Source: Acidobacteriota bacterium (GTDB taxonomy: Bacteria; Acidobacteriota; UBA6911; RPQK01; JAJDTT01). From it: a DNA stretch of 64,000 bases. The DNA lies in contig OZ253580.1 in the NCBI GenBank assembly GCA_965263035.1, positions 3,904,001 to 3,968,000 of the forward strand, read 5' to 3'. Below the pieces are notes generated by a model that worked only from the letters and a program-made list of their open reading frames with translations, did not search any database and was not told the DNA's origin. Positions 1-11,223 of the stretch are shown here, one piece after another (the first letter of the stretch is position 1; every line of letters starts with the position of its first letter). The position numbers and the translations under genes were made by a program.

Positions 1-63
1 TCATGATTTTTCTTGGTTGCGAATTGCAGATTGCAGCTCGGGGCGCCCTCATTCGTCATATGA

Positions 64-158
64 GGAGGGGCGATTTCCAGTCGCCCGTTCCACCGTTCCC
101 CCGTACGCTCATTCCCCCCTGCCCCGTCCGGAGTTCGGCGGTTAGAAACCGCCGCTCC
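64..158. repeat. Inverted pair of REP-like palindromes (GGAG-type)
   Basis: GGAGGGGCGATTTCCAGTCGCCC at 64-86 and inverted CGGCGGTTAGAAACCGCCGCTCC at 136-158; nearly the same pair recurs at 42261-42339. Confidence 0.75.
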
Positions 159-164
159 TGTCCT

Positions 165-1196
165 TTACTCTTCTCCGGAATGCGCATCCCGCCAGTCGAA
201 CACCACGTTCATCATGGTCTTGTCCCGGTGATAGGCCATCTCGTAGGCCTCCTGCATGCGAGTGTAGTGCAGCCGGTGGGTCACGAGGCGTTTGGGTTCC
301 AGCAGGCCGTCGGCCATCAGTGTGAAGAGATGAGCCCGGTGCCGCGTCTGTTGGGCGTCGCCGTCGGCTCCGGGGAAGAGGTCGGGATCCTTGCCGGAGA
401 CGGCGATGAGTGAGATGCCTTTGATGTAGAAGAGCTGCATGGAGAGGGGGTTGAACTCCAGTTCCTCTTCTCCGCGGCCCAGGAGACTGACGATGGAGAC
501 ACGGCCGCCGGGCCGGACGATCTCCACGGCGGTTCGGTAGGCGGGCCATGGGTTCGCCGTCAGAATGACCAGGTCGATGCCGCGGCCGGAGCTGAACTCG
601 TCCAGCTTCGCAGCCAGATCCGGATCGTCGCTGCTGAAGAGCCCGTGGGCCCCCATGCGCTGGGCCATTTCCAGGCGCAGGTCGCTGTTGCCGATGGCGG
701 CAGTGCGCGCCCCATAAAGGGGCCCGATGGCGACGGCGCCCAGGCCCAGCGTCCCCAGCCCGACCACGGCCACGGTTTCGCCCGGCCGGATAAGCGCCTT
801 GTGATAGCAATGGGCGCTCAGGGAATAGAGATTCCCGAAGACAGCGTCCTCGGGGTGAACGCCGTCCGGGACCTTGACCAGGATGCCCCCGGCTGGAGTG
901 CAGATGTATTCCGACTGGTGATGCATCTGGGACAGGGCGCGGTCTCCCACCTGAAATCCGGTGACGTTGGAGCCGACGCCCCGGATCTCGCCCAGGTTGC
1001 TGTCTCCTACCCAGCGGGGATAAACGGGGGCTCCGGGGACGTCCTCGGCCCCTTCGTAGTTGCCGCGGTCGGTCCCGATCTTGAACCCGGTCACGATGGT
1101 CCGGACCCAAACCTCGTCCGGCGCCAGATTCGAGGGATCGAGCTCGTGGTCTTCGATCCGGAGGTCCCGGGGGCCGTGCAGAATGGCGATCTTCAT
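165..1196 (-). CDS. Zinc-binding (MDR family) alcohol dehydrogenase-like oxidoreductase
   Basis: MKIAILHGPRDLRIE N-terminus, GroES-like domain, Rossmann motif VVGLGTLG, C-terminal LVTHRL. Confidence 0.85.
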   Translation of the reverse strand: MKIAILHGPRDLRIEDHELDPSNLAPDEVWVRTIVTGFKIGTDRGNYEGAEDVPGAPVYPRWVGDSNLGEIRGVGSNVTGFQVGDRALSQMHHQSEYICTPAGGILVKVPDGVHPEDAVFGNLYSLSAHCYHKALIRPGETVAVVGLGTLGLGAVAIGPLYGARTAAIGNSDLRLEMAQRMGAHGLFSSDDPDLAAKLDEFSSGRGIDLVILTANPWPAYRTAVEIVRPGGRVSIVSLLGRGEEELEFNPLSMQLFYIKGISLIAVSGKDPDLFPGADGDAQQTRHRAHLFTLMADGLLEPKRLVTHRLHYTRMQEAYEMAYHRDKTMMNVVFDWRDAHSGEE

Positions 1197-1369
1197 CTGG
1201 CCTTGCTCCTGGTTGATGTATCAATCTCGGTGCGATTCGAGACTGCTAACGTTACCAGCCCATGCCGGCTTTTGCCACGGTCCGGCAGCGGGAGCGGAGG
1301 AGGCCGAATTCGACTTCCGACTATCGTGGAAAGGGGATCGGCACTATCCTGGGAGCAGGAGGCTGACCC

Positions 1370-1972
1370 ATGACGGCGAAGCAGATTCGACGCAGAGACG
1401 CCCTCAAGACCATGGCCGTGGGATCCTCCGGTCTGGCGCAGCTGGTGGCGTCGGCACCGGTCGCGGGAACCGTTCCCGAACTGGCCGCGGAAGCTGCTCA
1501 CGGCGCGGTCGAGACCTGGAAGCCCAGTTTTCTGACGCCCGACGAGGCGGAGCTGTTGGCCACGCTGGCCGAGCTCATCATTCCGGAGACCGACACCCCG
1601 GGCGCCAGAACCGCCCGGGTCCACGAGCACATCGATCTGGTCTTGAGTCACGAGACCGAGGAGGTCCGGCAGGGTTTTCGCGAGGGACTGGAAGAGGTCG
1701 ATCGCCTCAGCCTCATCCGGTACGAGAAGGCGTTCGTCCGGCTTTCCCCGCAGGATCAGGAGGCGCTCCTGGGCCGGCTTGCGAATTCGGAACCGGATCA
1801 CCCTGAGAGAGCCGTGGGCCATGGCTTCTTCCGGGACCTGCGCCGGAGAACCGTGTTTGCCTACTACACCTCCCGGGAGGGGATCCACCAGGAATTGGAG
1901 TACCAGGGGAAGCAGGTGTTGGCGGAATGGGAGGGCTGCCCCCATCCCGGCCATCACGGGGACGAGGGGTAG
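1370..1972 (+). CDS. Gluconate 2-dehydrogenase subunit 3 family protein (Tat signal)
   Basis: RRRDALK twin-arginine motif, IIPETDTPGA and AYYTSREG motifs, directly upstream of a GMC oxidoreductase. Confidence 0.85.
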   Translation: MTAKQIRRRDALKTMAVGSSGLAQLVASAPVAGTVPELAAEAAHGAVETWKPSFLTPDEAELLATLAELIIPETDTPGARTARVHEHIDLVLSHETEEVRQGFREGLEEVDRLSLIRYEKAFVRLSPQDQEALLGRLANSEPDHPERAVGHGFFRDLRRRTVFAYYTSREGIHQELEYQGKQVLAEWEGCPHPGHHGDEG

Positions 1973-1996
1973 CCCGTCCGCTCGCGAGGTTTGGCA

Positions 1997-3682
1997 ATGG
2001 CACTGCGCGAATACGATGTCCTGGTCGTGGGCAGTGGAGCCGCCGGAGGGATGGCGGCCAAGGTCCTGACCGAGCACGGGTTGGAGGTGCTGGTGCTGGA
2101 GGCCGGCCCCCCCATCAAGAACACCGACTTCCTGACCCATTCCATGCCCTACGATTTCCCTTTTCGGGGACGGGGCAATCCCCAAGTCATCCGGAAGGAC
2201 GGCTGGCTGGCGGCGAGGGAGCAGACTCCGTTCTCAGGCTACTACACCAAGGACAGCGAGCATCCCTATACGAATGCGCCTACGAGTGCTTCGCAAAAGC
2301 CCTACAAGTGGACGGGCCGTTCCCGGATTCTGGGGGGACGGACCCTGCACTGGGGCCGCCAGTCCTTCCGTCTGGGCGAGTTCGACTTCAAGGCGGCGAG
2401 CATCGACGGCTACGGGGTGGACTGGCCCTTCACCTACGCCGACCTGGCGCCCTATTACGACAAGGTCGAGGACTACGTGGGAATCCAGGGGTTCAAGGAG
2501 GGCCTTCCCCAGATTCCCGACGGCCGCTTCCTGCCCCCCTTCGCCTACAACTGCTTCGAACATCTGATCCGGAAGGCAGCGGCGCGAAAGGGCTGGCGCC
2601 TGACAGCCCTCAGGACCGCCCAATTGAGCCGTTATCACCGGGGACGGCCGCCGTGTCACTACTGCGGAAGCTGCGGCTCCGGATGCGACGTGGGAGCCTT
2701 CTTCTCCAGCATCGCCGTCACCCTCCCCGACGCCGCGAAGACGGGAAAGCTGACCCTGCTGACCGACGCCGTCGTCCGGGAGGTGGTGGTGGACAAGGAG
2801 GGCCGGGTCCGGGGCGTCTCCTATGTCGACCGGAAGAGCAAGGTGGAGAGGAAGGTTCACGCCAAAGTGGTGGTGCTGGCCGCCGGCACTCTGGAGTCGA
2901 CTCGCATCCTGCTGAATTCGGTCTCCCGTATCCACCCTCGGGGCATGGCCAACGGCAGCGGCGTCCTGGGCCACTACCTCACCGATCATTTCACCGCCGG
3001 CCAGGTGATCGGGGTCCTGCCCGATCTGGTGGGGTCGAAAATCCGCAACGACGACGGCAAGGCAAACGGATCCTACATTCCCCGGCACAGCAACCTGGGA
3101 AGCCGCCATCCCCGATTCATTCGCGGTTACGGGATCATGGTCAAGGGGGGCAGCAGTGTCTTCCCGGGCCATGCCGACCTGATCGGTGGGTTCGGCGCCG
3201 GCTACAAGAAAAGGATCAAGGAGTTGCACCCGGCGGTGGTCCGGGTCTACGCCCGGGGGGAGCCGCTCCAGATCTTCGACAGCTACGTGGAGATCGACAA
3301 GGACGTGGTGGACGCGTGGGGCATCCCGGTCCTGAAGTTCCACTACAAGAGGACCGACAACGACCATCAGATGCTGGAGGATGCCTTTCAGAATCTGCAG
3401 GAGCTCATGCATGAGGCCGGAGCGGAAATTCTCCGCGAGGACAAGTCACTGAGCGCCCCGGGGGAGATCATCCACGAGATGGGAACCACCCGGATGGGAG
3501 ACGATCCGCGAACCAGCGTCCTGAACCAGTTCTGCCAGGCCCACGAGATCTCGAACCTGTTCGTCATGGACGGCGGTTGCTGGCCCAGCTCCGCCTGCCA
3601 GAATCCCACCGAAACCATTCTGGCAGTCGCTTGGCGATCCAGCGATTATCTGGCCGAGCAGTTCCGGACGGGCGATATTTGA
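1997..3682 (+). CDS. GMC family oxidoreductase
   Basis: VVGSGAAGG FAD motif, LGGRTLHWG, CHYCGSC, HEMGTTRMG and NPTET motifs. Confidence 0.92.
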   Translation: MALREYDVLVVGSGAAGGMAAKVLTEHGLEVLVLEAGPPIKNTDFLTHSMPYDFPFRGRGNPQVIRKDGWLAAREQTPFSGYYTKDSEHPYTNAPTSASQKPYKWTGRSRILGGRTLHWGRQSFRLGEFDFKAASIDGYGVDWPFTYADLAPYYDKVEDYVGIQGFKEGLPQIPDGRFLPPFAYNCFEHLIRKAAARKGWRLTALRTAQLSRYHRGRPPCHYCGSCGSGCDVGAFFSSIAVTLPDAAKTGKLTLLTDAVVREVVVDKEGRVRGVSYVDRKSKVERKVHAKVVVLAAGTLESTRILLNSVSRIHPRGMANGSGVLGHYLTDHFTAGQVIGVLPDLVGSKIRNDDGKANGSYIPRHSNLGSRHPRFIRGYGIMVKGGSSVFPGHADLIGGFGAGYKKRIKELHPAVVRVYARGEPLQIFDSYVEIDKDVVDAWGIPVLKFHYKRTDNDHQMLEDAFQNLQELMHEAGAEILREDKSLSAPGEIIHEMGTTRMGDDPRTSVLNQFCQAHEISNLFVMDGGCWPSSACQNPTETILAVAWRSSDYLAEQFRTGDI

Positions 3683-3819
3683 GATCCGAGACGAATGCCG
3701 CCGCGAGTCCCGGCCGTCTGGCGGAGCGTCTTTGAGGCACCCAGTTTCAACGGGTTCATCGGAGCGTGCTGGTGAACACGAATCGGATTCACAAGCTGAG
3801 TGCACCGAGCAGCAGCCGC

Positions 3820-6292
3820 TCAACGCCGGAAGTGCCAGTTCACGGTGTCGCCGGGCTGGGGATAGTTGGACTCGGACGCCCTTCCGTCCTGGGAGAGGAT
3901 GAAGACTCGGATCTGCGAGTCTCCGGGCTCGGCGAAATCGACGAGGGAGAATTCGTACAGGTAGCCGCTGTTGTCGATCTCCGAGCTGCCGTACGTCTTG
4001 ACGACATCGCTCCGGTATCGGCCGGTGCGCCCCGCGTACAGGAATTCTCCGTCCCGAAACAACACGATGGCTCGAGGCAGGACGAGGTTCTCCACGTCGG
4101 CGCCCCAGCCGCCGAGGAAGATCCGGCTCCGGTCCGGACTCAGACGAGAGACGACCCATCCGGCGACCCCGCGGTCGCCGATGGGGACCTTCCTTCCCTC
4201 CGGCGTTACCAGAAGGGATTCCCCTCCGGCCGCATCCAGCCGGTAAGTCGCGGGAGCGGGGATTTCCACGGGCAAAAGGGCGACGGACGATCCGGTGCTG
4301 CTCGTTTCGTAGATTCGGATCCGGTTGCTTCCGTCCCGGAAGGAGGTCTCCGGAACCAGGGCCGAGAAGACGGTGTCTCCGTCCAGGTGGGAGGTTCGGG
4401 TCACGGCGCCGACGGTGCCGTTGACGCCGATGGCCAAGGTCCGGCCGATCCGGGAGCCCTGGCTGCCGACGACCCGGCCCGAGATTCGCGACAACAGGAA
4501 GGAGGAGTCGAGATCGACCTGCCGGAACAGGTGGCTGCCGTCGATCTCCACCGTCAGGTCCGATTTCCCTTGGACCAACGCGTCCGTTCGCTCGCCCACC
4601 AGTTCGGCGTGGGGTCCGATCCGATAGAGATCCTGCTCCGAGAGTTCACCGTTCGCGGCTGCGAAGAGTGCCAGCTTCCGGTCCAGGCTCTTCCAGCGTG
4701 CCTCCAGGCGGGGATCGAACGAGAACTTCTCGCCGTCATCGTTGTAGACGATCTTCTCGGATCGTTCCGGCGCCTCGGTGTCCAGGGCAGACTGGCCGTC
4801 CAGCGGCCACTCCGTCTCGATGCCCAGCATCTCCACCAGGGTCGGAAGGATGTCCATGTAGTTGGTGCCGGTCACTCGTCGGCGCGAGTCGCCGGGGCGA
4901 AAGCTGGCTCCGTGGTCGGCGGTCAGCACCAGGAGTGTGGAGTCGTAAAGATCCTCCTCACGGAGTCTCCGAACCAGTTCTCCGACCAGACGATCCAGGA
5001 ACGTCACCTGCAGGAGATGGCGCTGGTAGGACTGGGTCACCAGCCAGGGGTCCTCCAACCATTGGTTCACCTCCAGACCACGGCTGTTGGGCCCCATCAC
5101 TCCGGCCACGCCCGGCCGCTCCGAGAGGGTGTACAACTTGCCCGAGGGAAGATATTTCCAACTGGCGTGGGGAAGCATGGTGTGCAGGAAATAGAGGGCC
5201 GGGGATCCGTTGCCGCGAATGGAGTCGACGAAGTTCCGAAAACGGTCGGGCCGTCGGGACCAGTCGACGCGGAAGTCCCTCCAGGCGCGGCGAATCTGAC
5301 CCGGAGCGCCGGGGTTCAGGAATTGGTTCCAGGTCTGGGTCACCGGCGGAAGCCATCGCGACGCCCAGGCCGGCGGGAGCAGGAGGTGGAGATAGGCGAC
5401 GGACAGGTCCTCGGCCAGCAGCCGGACGCGGGGGCCGAAGGGTGCGGGGATTCTCCGAGGATTCAGCCCGGTGACCTGCTCCCGAATCCTCAAGTCGTGG
5501 GAACCGGAGAGGAGGGAGAAGAGGTTCTTGGGGTACTCGCGAAACAGGGGGAGGGGAAAAGGACGCTGCCGGGGGGGTGCCCGACAAGATCACGGGAATC
5601 GACAACAGGGTGCTCTCATTGTTGGTGGTCGCGTTCCGGAACCAGTAGGAGTTCTCCGCCAGCTCAGCCAGGTTGGGAAAGAGGTTCGAGTCGATCTCCC
5701 GGCGCCCGTTGAGCAGGGAGATGAGTGGGAACTCGTCGAAGATCACCATCACGACGGGCGCCCTGGCGCCGGATTCGATCCCCACTTCGGAGTCCGGTTC
5801 GGGAAGGATCAGCTTCCGGATCTCCGAATCCAGGAGGAAGAGGAGGGGGAACAGGACGGCCGCCGGGATCAGATAGGAGAGATAGGTCCTGATCACCGAG
5901 AGCCGGCAATACGCGAACACGAAGGCCGCCCCGGAGAGCAGGGAAAGGACCAGCGCCGCCGTCTCGGGCGCCGGTAGCTTCTTGAGTCCCTGGAGGACGA
6001 GTCCGGCGGTCAGGAGGCCCAACAGGCCCAGGTAGGTCCCGGTGCCCAACTGCGGATGGACTCTGGCCAGACTCCGGACCACCAAAGCCGCCGCTCCCGG
6101 CAACAGGAGGGACAGCGCCAGAGTCAGCAGGAGAATGTCCACCCGCTCGCTCTGGTGGGCCGGCAGAAACTCGGGATGCCGGGTCAGGAGGTCGTAGATG
6201 GGCTGCGCCGTCGTGAACGCCGACAGGACCAGCAGGTGGATGAACCGGATTCGAATTCCGGCGGTTGGTTGGCTTCGGCTCGGATCGTTCAT
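3820..6292 (-). pseudogene. Membrane-anchored sulfatase-like (alkaline phosphatase superfamily) protein, frameshifted
   Basis: N-terminal TM helices and VIFDEFP in ORF 4958-6304; HTMLPH and LTADHG in ORF 3820-5493; the frames join at a G7 run (5571-5577), so this may be a sequencing error. Confidence 0.7.
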
Positions 6293-6476
6293 CTGTAGCG
6301 GCACCCAGCGGGGCTCCTACGGCTTCTCACAGGGTGACGACATTCCAACAAAAGGGGAGGAAAGAGAAAAGTAGAGCAGAGAAGCATCCCGATTCGTTGT
6401 CGGGGCAACTTCTACTTCTTCATTTTCGCTTCCGGCGTGCTATGTTTTTTCCGTCCGGCCCGGGGCTTGGAGTTGA

Positions 6477-7352
6477 ATGGTTGGGGCCGGCTTGGCAAGT
6501 CCCATGGATCATCTGGTTCGTCCGCTTTCACCGGCCGCCGTCGTACTGGATCTGGGTGCGGGGCCCGGAAGTTTTTCCTATGCCGCGACCGAGGCTCGGG
6601 TCTTGGCTGTGGACGTGGATTTCCCGGACGCCGCGCAAGGTGCTTGGGCCCGGGTCCTGGGAGATTCGGGCGCGATTCCCCTCGGAGAGGAAACCGTAGA
6701 CGTGGTGGTCTGCAACCATACGCTGGAGCATTTTCCGGACTGCCGGCAAGCCATTCGTGAAATCGACCGCGTGCTCCGGCCGGGCGGTTCGCTGTGGGTG
6801 GCGGTGCCCGATGGGCGTTGCCTGGACGATCGGCTGTACCGCTTCCTCTTCCGGGGCGGGGGACACGTGAACCGCTTTTCTCTCGCCAGCCTGGTGGAGG
6901 CCATCGAGACCGGCACCCGATTGCGGACCCGCTCCTGCAAGAAGCTCTACACCGGGTTCGTCTATCTGAATCCGCCGGACCCCCAAAGGGTCCGTTATTT
7001 CCCCCGGCCGGCCCGGCTGCTGGTCCGGATTCCGCCCCGGCTGCTGAGAGCTCTGCTCTGCTGGTTGAACTATGCGGTTCGGGTATTGGATCGTCTTCTG
7101 CGGACCCGGTTGAGCCAGTACGGCTGGGGGCTGGTGGTCCGGCGGGAAGACAACTCCTCGGGGTCGGTGACGGATCTGGCCCGGCTACGAATGGAAGCCG
7201 GCGACGCCAACGTCTGCTTCGCCTGTGGAGCCGGGCATGTGGAGGCGACGCTCAAACCCTTCCGCGTCCTCTTCCGGACCTGTTACGAGTGTCCCAATTG
7301 CGGGACCCGGAATCTCGTGTCTCCTCTGAGCGAGTCCCAAGGATCGGTCTGA
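6477..7352 (+). CDS. Class I SAM-dependent methyltransferase with C-terminal CxxC...CxxC ribbon
   Basis: VLDLGAGPG, NHTLEH and RVLRPGG motifs; CFAC and CPNC near the C-terminus. Confidence 0.85.
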   Translation: MVGAGLASPMDHLVRPLSPAAVVLDLGAGPGSFSYAATEARVLAVDVDFPDAAQGAWARVLGDSGAIPLGEETVDVVVCNHTLEHFPDCRQAIREIDRVLRPGGSLWVAVPDGRCLDDRLYRFLFRGGGHVNRFSLASLVEAIETGTRLRTRSCKKLYTGFVYLNPPDPQRVRYFPRPARLLVRIPPRLLRALLCWLNYAVRVLDRLLRTRLSQYGWGLVVRREDNSSGSVTDLARLRMEAGDANVCFACGAGHVEATLKPFRVLFRTCYECPNCGTRNLVSPLSESQGSV

Positions 7353-8963
7353 ATGGAGCCGTCTCCCGAATCGTCAGGCAAGAACAAGAACCGCTTCAAG
7401 GAGAAATTTCGGTACTATTCCGTCCGGATTCTTCTGGCCCTGGGGGTCGCGGCCCTCTGTCTGGCATTGGCCTCTCCTCTGGTGCTGAAAATTCTACGGC
7501 CGGCGTTGCTTCATTACCTGCTCGACAATCTCTCCGACGCCCGGCGGCTGGAGCTCTACGAGTCCCTGGCCGCCCGATCCGGCCAGTTCTACGACGCCGT
7601 GCCCGAACCCAAGGTGGGACGCCTGGGGAAGAGGGGGGTCGTGACCCGATATCGGGGCGCCGAGGTCAGGATCAACAACGCCGGGATGCGGAGTTCCTCC
7701 GACTACCGGGCCAAGCCGAAGGGGGTCTTTCGGATCGTCTGTCTCGGAGACTCCTACGTGTTCGGAACCGGCGGACCGGAGGAGGACCGGTTCTGCGATC
7801 AGGTCGGGGAGTTCTATCGCCACCGTGACCTCCGGGCCGGAGGCAAGGTCATCGAGACCTACGCCCTGGGCCTGGACAGTTGGACCCTGACCCAGGAGGC
7901 GTCCTATCTCTCCAGCCGGATCTCCGCCTACGATCCGGACATCATCCTGCAACTGAGCGTCTCCAACGACATTACGCCCTTGGCCGGCGTCAACGGCCTC
8001 GGCATGGCCACCTACGAGTTCAGTCCGGAAGCGAGGCAGTGGGGCTCCGGGCTGTTCTCGAATCAGGCGGCGCGATATTTCGGCGAGCGGAACTTCAGCG
8101 CCCTGGCCTGGAGCCTCTCGCCCCAGAGTCGCCAGGAGTGGACTCGCGCCTTCTCGGCCCTGGGCCGTCTGGTGGAGCTCCAACAGGGAAGGGGAGGCAG
8201 GATTCTGCTCTCGGTCCTGGACTACCCATTCTCCGGCCAGTTCTTCAGCGAGCTCTACACTTGGCATCTTCACCAGTCCAGGCTCCACGTCCCCTTTCTG
8301 GCGACTTCGTTCCTGCCTTCATTCGAGACGCAGTTGCCGCATGACGCACACCCCAACCAGCTGGGGAACGGCTATCTGGCCGCCCACTATATTCACGCCC
8401 TGAATCGGCTCGGATGGATTCCGGTTCCCGATTCGGATCTCCCGCACCTCCCGGAAGAGCTCACACTGGATCTCAATCCCGAACCCGATCCGGATCGCCT
8501 GAAGCGGGACCGGGAAGAATTCGTTTCCCGGCACCTGCGGACCGGTCTGGACTTCGGCCGGTTGAGCCGCGAGGAGACCCGGGCCTTCCTGGGGGGCATC
8601 TTTCCGGAACGAGGGGGGGAGAAGGCTCTTCAGGGTTATCCCTGGGCGTCCATCCGGAGCGGTTTCCTCATGAGCCGGCTGGAGGGGGGGCGCGAGCGCC
8701 AACTGGTGCTGGAGATCCGGATTCCGCCTCTGCCCGAGCTCTTTCCCTTCCGGCTGACGGTAATGGCGGAAGGCACGGAGATCGCCCGCCTTGACCTGGA
8801 TAAACCGGAACCTTCGGACCTTTACCGGTTGGAGGGGGACCTTCCCGCGTTGGATCGACGGGAGCTGGCCAGAGAGGTCGTCCTCATCACCTCGTCCTAC
8901 TTCGCCGGCATCGGCAACGCGAGAATGAAGTCGTTCCGCCTGGTTTCGGCGGAGCTGGAGTAG
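7353..8963 (+). CDS. SGNH/GDSL hydrolase family protein with N-terminal membrane anchor
   Basis: INNAGMR, LGDSYVFG, NDI and DAHPN motifs. Confidence 0.8.
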   Translation: MEPSPESSGKNKNRFKEKFRYYSVRILLALGVAALCLALASPLVLKILRPALLHYLLDNLSDARRLELYESLAARSGQFYDAVPEPKVGRLGKRGVVTRYRGAEVRINNAGMRSSSDYRAKPKGVFRIVCLGDSYVFGTGGPEEDRFCDQVGEFYRHRDLRAGGKVIETYALGLDSWTLTQEASYLSSRISAYDPDIILQLSVSNDITPLAGVNGLGMATYEFSPEARQWGSGLFSNQAARYFGERNFSALAWSLSPQSRQEWTRAFSALGRLVELQQGRGGRILLSVLDYPFSGQFFSELYTWHLHQSRLHVPFLATSFLPSFETQLPHDAHPNQLGNGYLAAHYIHALNRLGWIPVPDSDLPHLPEELTLDLNPEPDPDRLKRDREEFVSRHLRTGLDFGRLSREETRAFLGGIFPERGGEKALQGYPWASIRSGFLMSRLEGGRERQLVLEIRIPPLPELFPFRLTVMAEGTEIARLDLDKPEPSDLYRLEGDLPALDRRELAREVVLITSSYFAGIGNARMKSFRLVSAELE

Positions 8964-8995
8964 GACCGGATCGCAATTCGGGACCGGGAGCCGCC

Positions 8996-9685
8996 TCAGC
9001 CGCCGGTTCGCCCGCCGCCGAGAGGCCGCCTGGGGAGACGGGGCACCGGCTTTTCGAAGTGAACGGCGTCCTGAAGCTGGATGGTCAGGGTGGAGCCCCG
9101 GGGCAGAACCACGTCCTCCCCCCGCTTGAAGAGCGCCATGAGCCCGCCGACGGCGGCGCCGATAGCGGCGCCCGCCGCGGCGCCGCGGCCCATTCTGCCC
9201 CGCATGGCGCCGGCGGTGACTCCGATGATGGTCCCGGTCACCGCTCCACCGGCAGCGCCTGCCAGGACCTCGCCTTTCGCGCCTCCCTGAGCCCGGATCG
9301 TGCCCTCCTCGCCGTCAAGATCCGTTGCGTAGCCTTCCGAGGAATGGACTCCGGCTCTCATGTAACGTGTGGTCCCGTCGGGGAGGATCACCGTATCGAA
9401 TTTCAGCGTCAGCTCCGCCTTGCCCTTGAGCCGTCCCGCCCGTTTGCTCTTGTCCACGTAGCCGATGATGTAGCTGCCCACGGGAATGACGATCCGGTCG
9501 TGGGCGGTGACGGGGACCTCGACCTGGCTGGAAAACTTGTCTCCGGAGCGAGCCGACTTGGTGTTCAAGCTCTGCTGGAGGCTGATGAAGATATCGGACT
9601 TTCCGGGAATGACGGTGTCGTCGATGCTCTGGCCGATGAGGGGAATCGTGCTCAGGAATCCGGCTGCGAGAAGGTGTTTGATCAT
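8996..9685 (-). CDS. Exported TrbI/VirB10-like protein with glycine zipper
   Basis: Signal peptide, IPVGSYIIG..RAGRLKGKAEL, GAAGGAVTG/GAAIGAAVGG, GEDVVLPRGS. Confidence 0.65.
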   Translation of the reverse strand: MIKHLLAAGFLSTIPLIGQSIDDTVIPGKSDIFISLQQSLNTKSARSGDKFSSQVEVPVTAHDRIVIPVGSYIIGYVDKSKRAGRLKGKAELTLKFDTVILPDGTTRYMRAGVHSSEGYATDLDGEEGTIRAQGGAKGEVLAGAAGGAVTGTIIGVTAGAMRGRMGRGAAAGAAIGAAVGGLMALFKRGEDVVLPRGSTLTIQLQDAVHFEKPVPRLPRRPLGGGRTGG

Positions 9686-9842
9686 GCGAGCATTTCCTCC
9701 GCCGGCTTGGGAGGGCCGGGACAACTGGACGGTTTCTCCGGACCCAAGCCGCATTGATCGAGTCTACAACAGATGTTCATCTACTTGGATTGAACTGGGA
9801 GATCAGGGGTTCAACCGGTTTTCGGAGGTCGGCACGGGACTA

Positions 9843-11061
9843 GTACCCCGTAACACTTAAAGTTGTGGATACAGGCTCTTCAGCTTGATCCGTGCATCCT
9901 CCGTCTTGAACTGCCAGTCGATCTCGGTTTGCCGTTGGTTCCGATCCGCAACCCAAGCCCCGATCTCACGTTGCATCCCGGCCAGGCTTGGAATCCGGCG
10001 GTCCAGGCATTGTCCGCACAGCGCGCTCAATTCGATTTCTGCAATGTTGAGCCAACTGCCGTGCTTAGGCGTGTAGTGGATTTCCAGTCGTTGTGCCAGT
10101 TGGCGAGCGTGTCGAGGCTCGTAGGTCGCGTACAGCGATTCGATTCCGTGCGGGTTCAGGTTGTCCAAGACCAGGACCACCCGCTCGGCCTCCGGGTATC
10201 GCCTCTCCAACATGCCCTCGATCCACCGGGCCCAATCCTGTCGCGTGCGCCGCTCGGTCGCCTCCACATGGCAGCGGCCGGTCAGTGGCTCCACCTCCAG
10301 GAAGATCTGCGCGACCCCGTTGCGCACATACTCATGCTCGACTCGCTCCGGCTGGCCGGGCGCGACCGGCAAAGGCTCCCGCACTTCTCCGATCAACTGC
10401 TTGTTGGTCTCGTCCATGCAGACCACCGGACGACGGGGGTCGTACGGACGGGCATAGACTTCTAAAACGTCCTCCATGCAGGCTACGAATGCGGCGCTGC
10501 CCCGGGGCGGGATCCGCCAATACTTCTTCCGATGAGGCTGCAGTTGGTTTTTTTTAGCGTCCGCTGCACCGTCATCACCGACACCCGCTCGACCCAGCCC
10601 AGTTCCACTACTTTCTCCGCCAGCAGGCGCAGGGTCCAGCGCTTCCGTCCTGGCGGGGCCGGGGAGCAGGCCAAGGCGACCAGGCGAGCCTCGAACGCGC
10701 CGTCGAAGATCACTTTCCGCGGCGGCCGCACCCGCCGCTTGCGCTCCAAGGCGAACTCCAAACCCTGCTCCACAAACCGCCGTTTCAAGTGCTCGATCGT
10801 GCGGGCCGAGACGCCCAGCGCCTCGGCCACCCGGGCCACGGTCCATCCCGGCCCTTCCGGCCCGCGGTCGCACAACAACAGAGCCCGCGCGTACAGGAAC
10901 CGCTTGCCGGTGGTCTTGGTCGCGGCCCGGGTCAAGGCCTTCAATTCTGAGCGCTCTTCCACAGTGAGCGTGACACGATAGCGTGGTGCCATGAGAACTC
11001 CTCCTTCCGAGTCCTCCAGCCTCCCACCATAGTATACGAACAATTACATGTTATTGGGTAC
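9843..11061 (-). mobile_element. IS630-family insertion sequence
   Basis: Terminal inverted repeats GTACCCCGTAACA / TGTTATTGGGTAC, flanked by TA on both sides (9841-9842, 11062-11063). Confidence 0.9.
9857..10992 (-). CDS. IS630 transposase (two ORFs joined by a probable programmed frameshift)
   Basis: HTH ORF 10483-10992 plus DDE ORF (MDET, LDNL, HGSWLNIAE); A8 slippery run at 10548-10555 (TLKKN). Confidence 0.88.
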
Positions 11062-11064
11062 TAG

Positions 11065-11223
11065 GAGTCTGCGCGGTAGAAATGATCGTAGCGAGAAAGT
11101 GGGGAATCGAGGCCAGATTTTCTCGATTTTGAGGTGCATAGTTGTGCTATTCGCCGAGAAATCGGGGAAATCTGGACCGATTTTACCGCTTTCGCAGTAG
11201 ATCAATTTCTGCGGCGCAGGCTC
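11065..11223. mobile_element. 159-bp MITE, copy 1
   Basis: Imperfect TIR GAGTCTGCGCGGTAGAAAT / ATTTCTGCGGCGCAGGCTC, flanked by CTAG on both sides; near-identical copies at 50845 and 57234. Confidence 0.85.
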
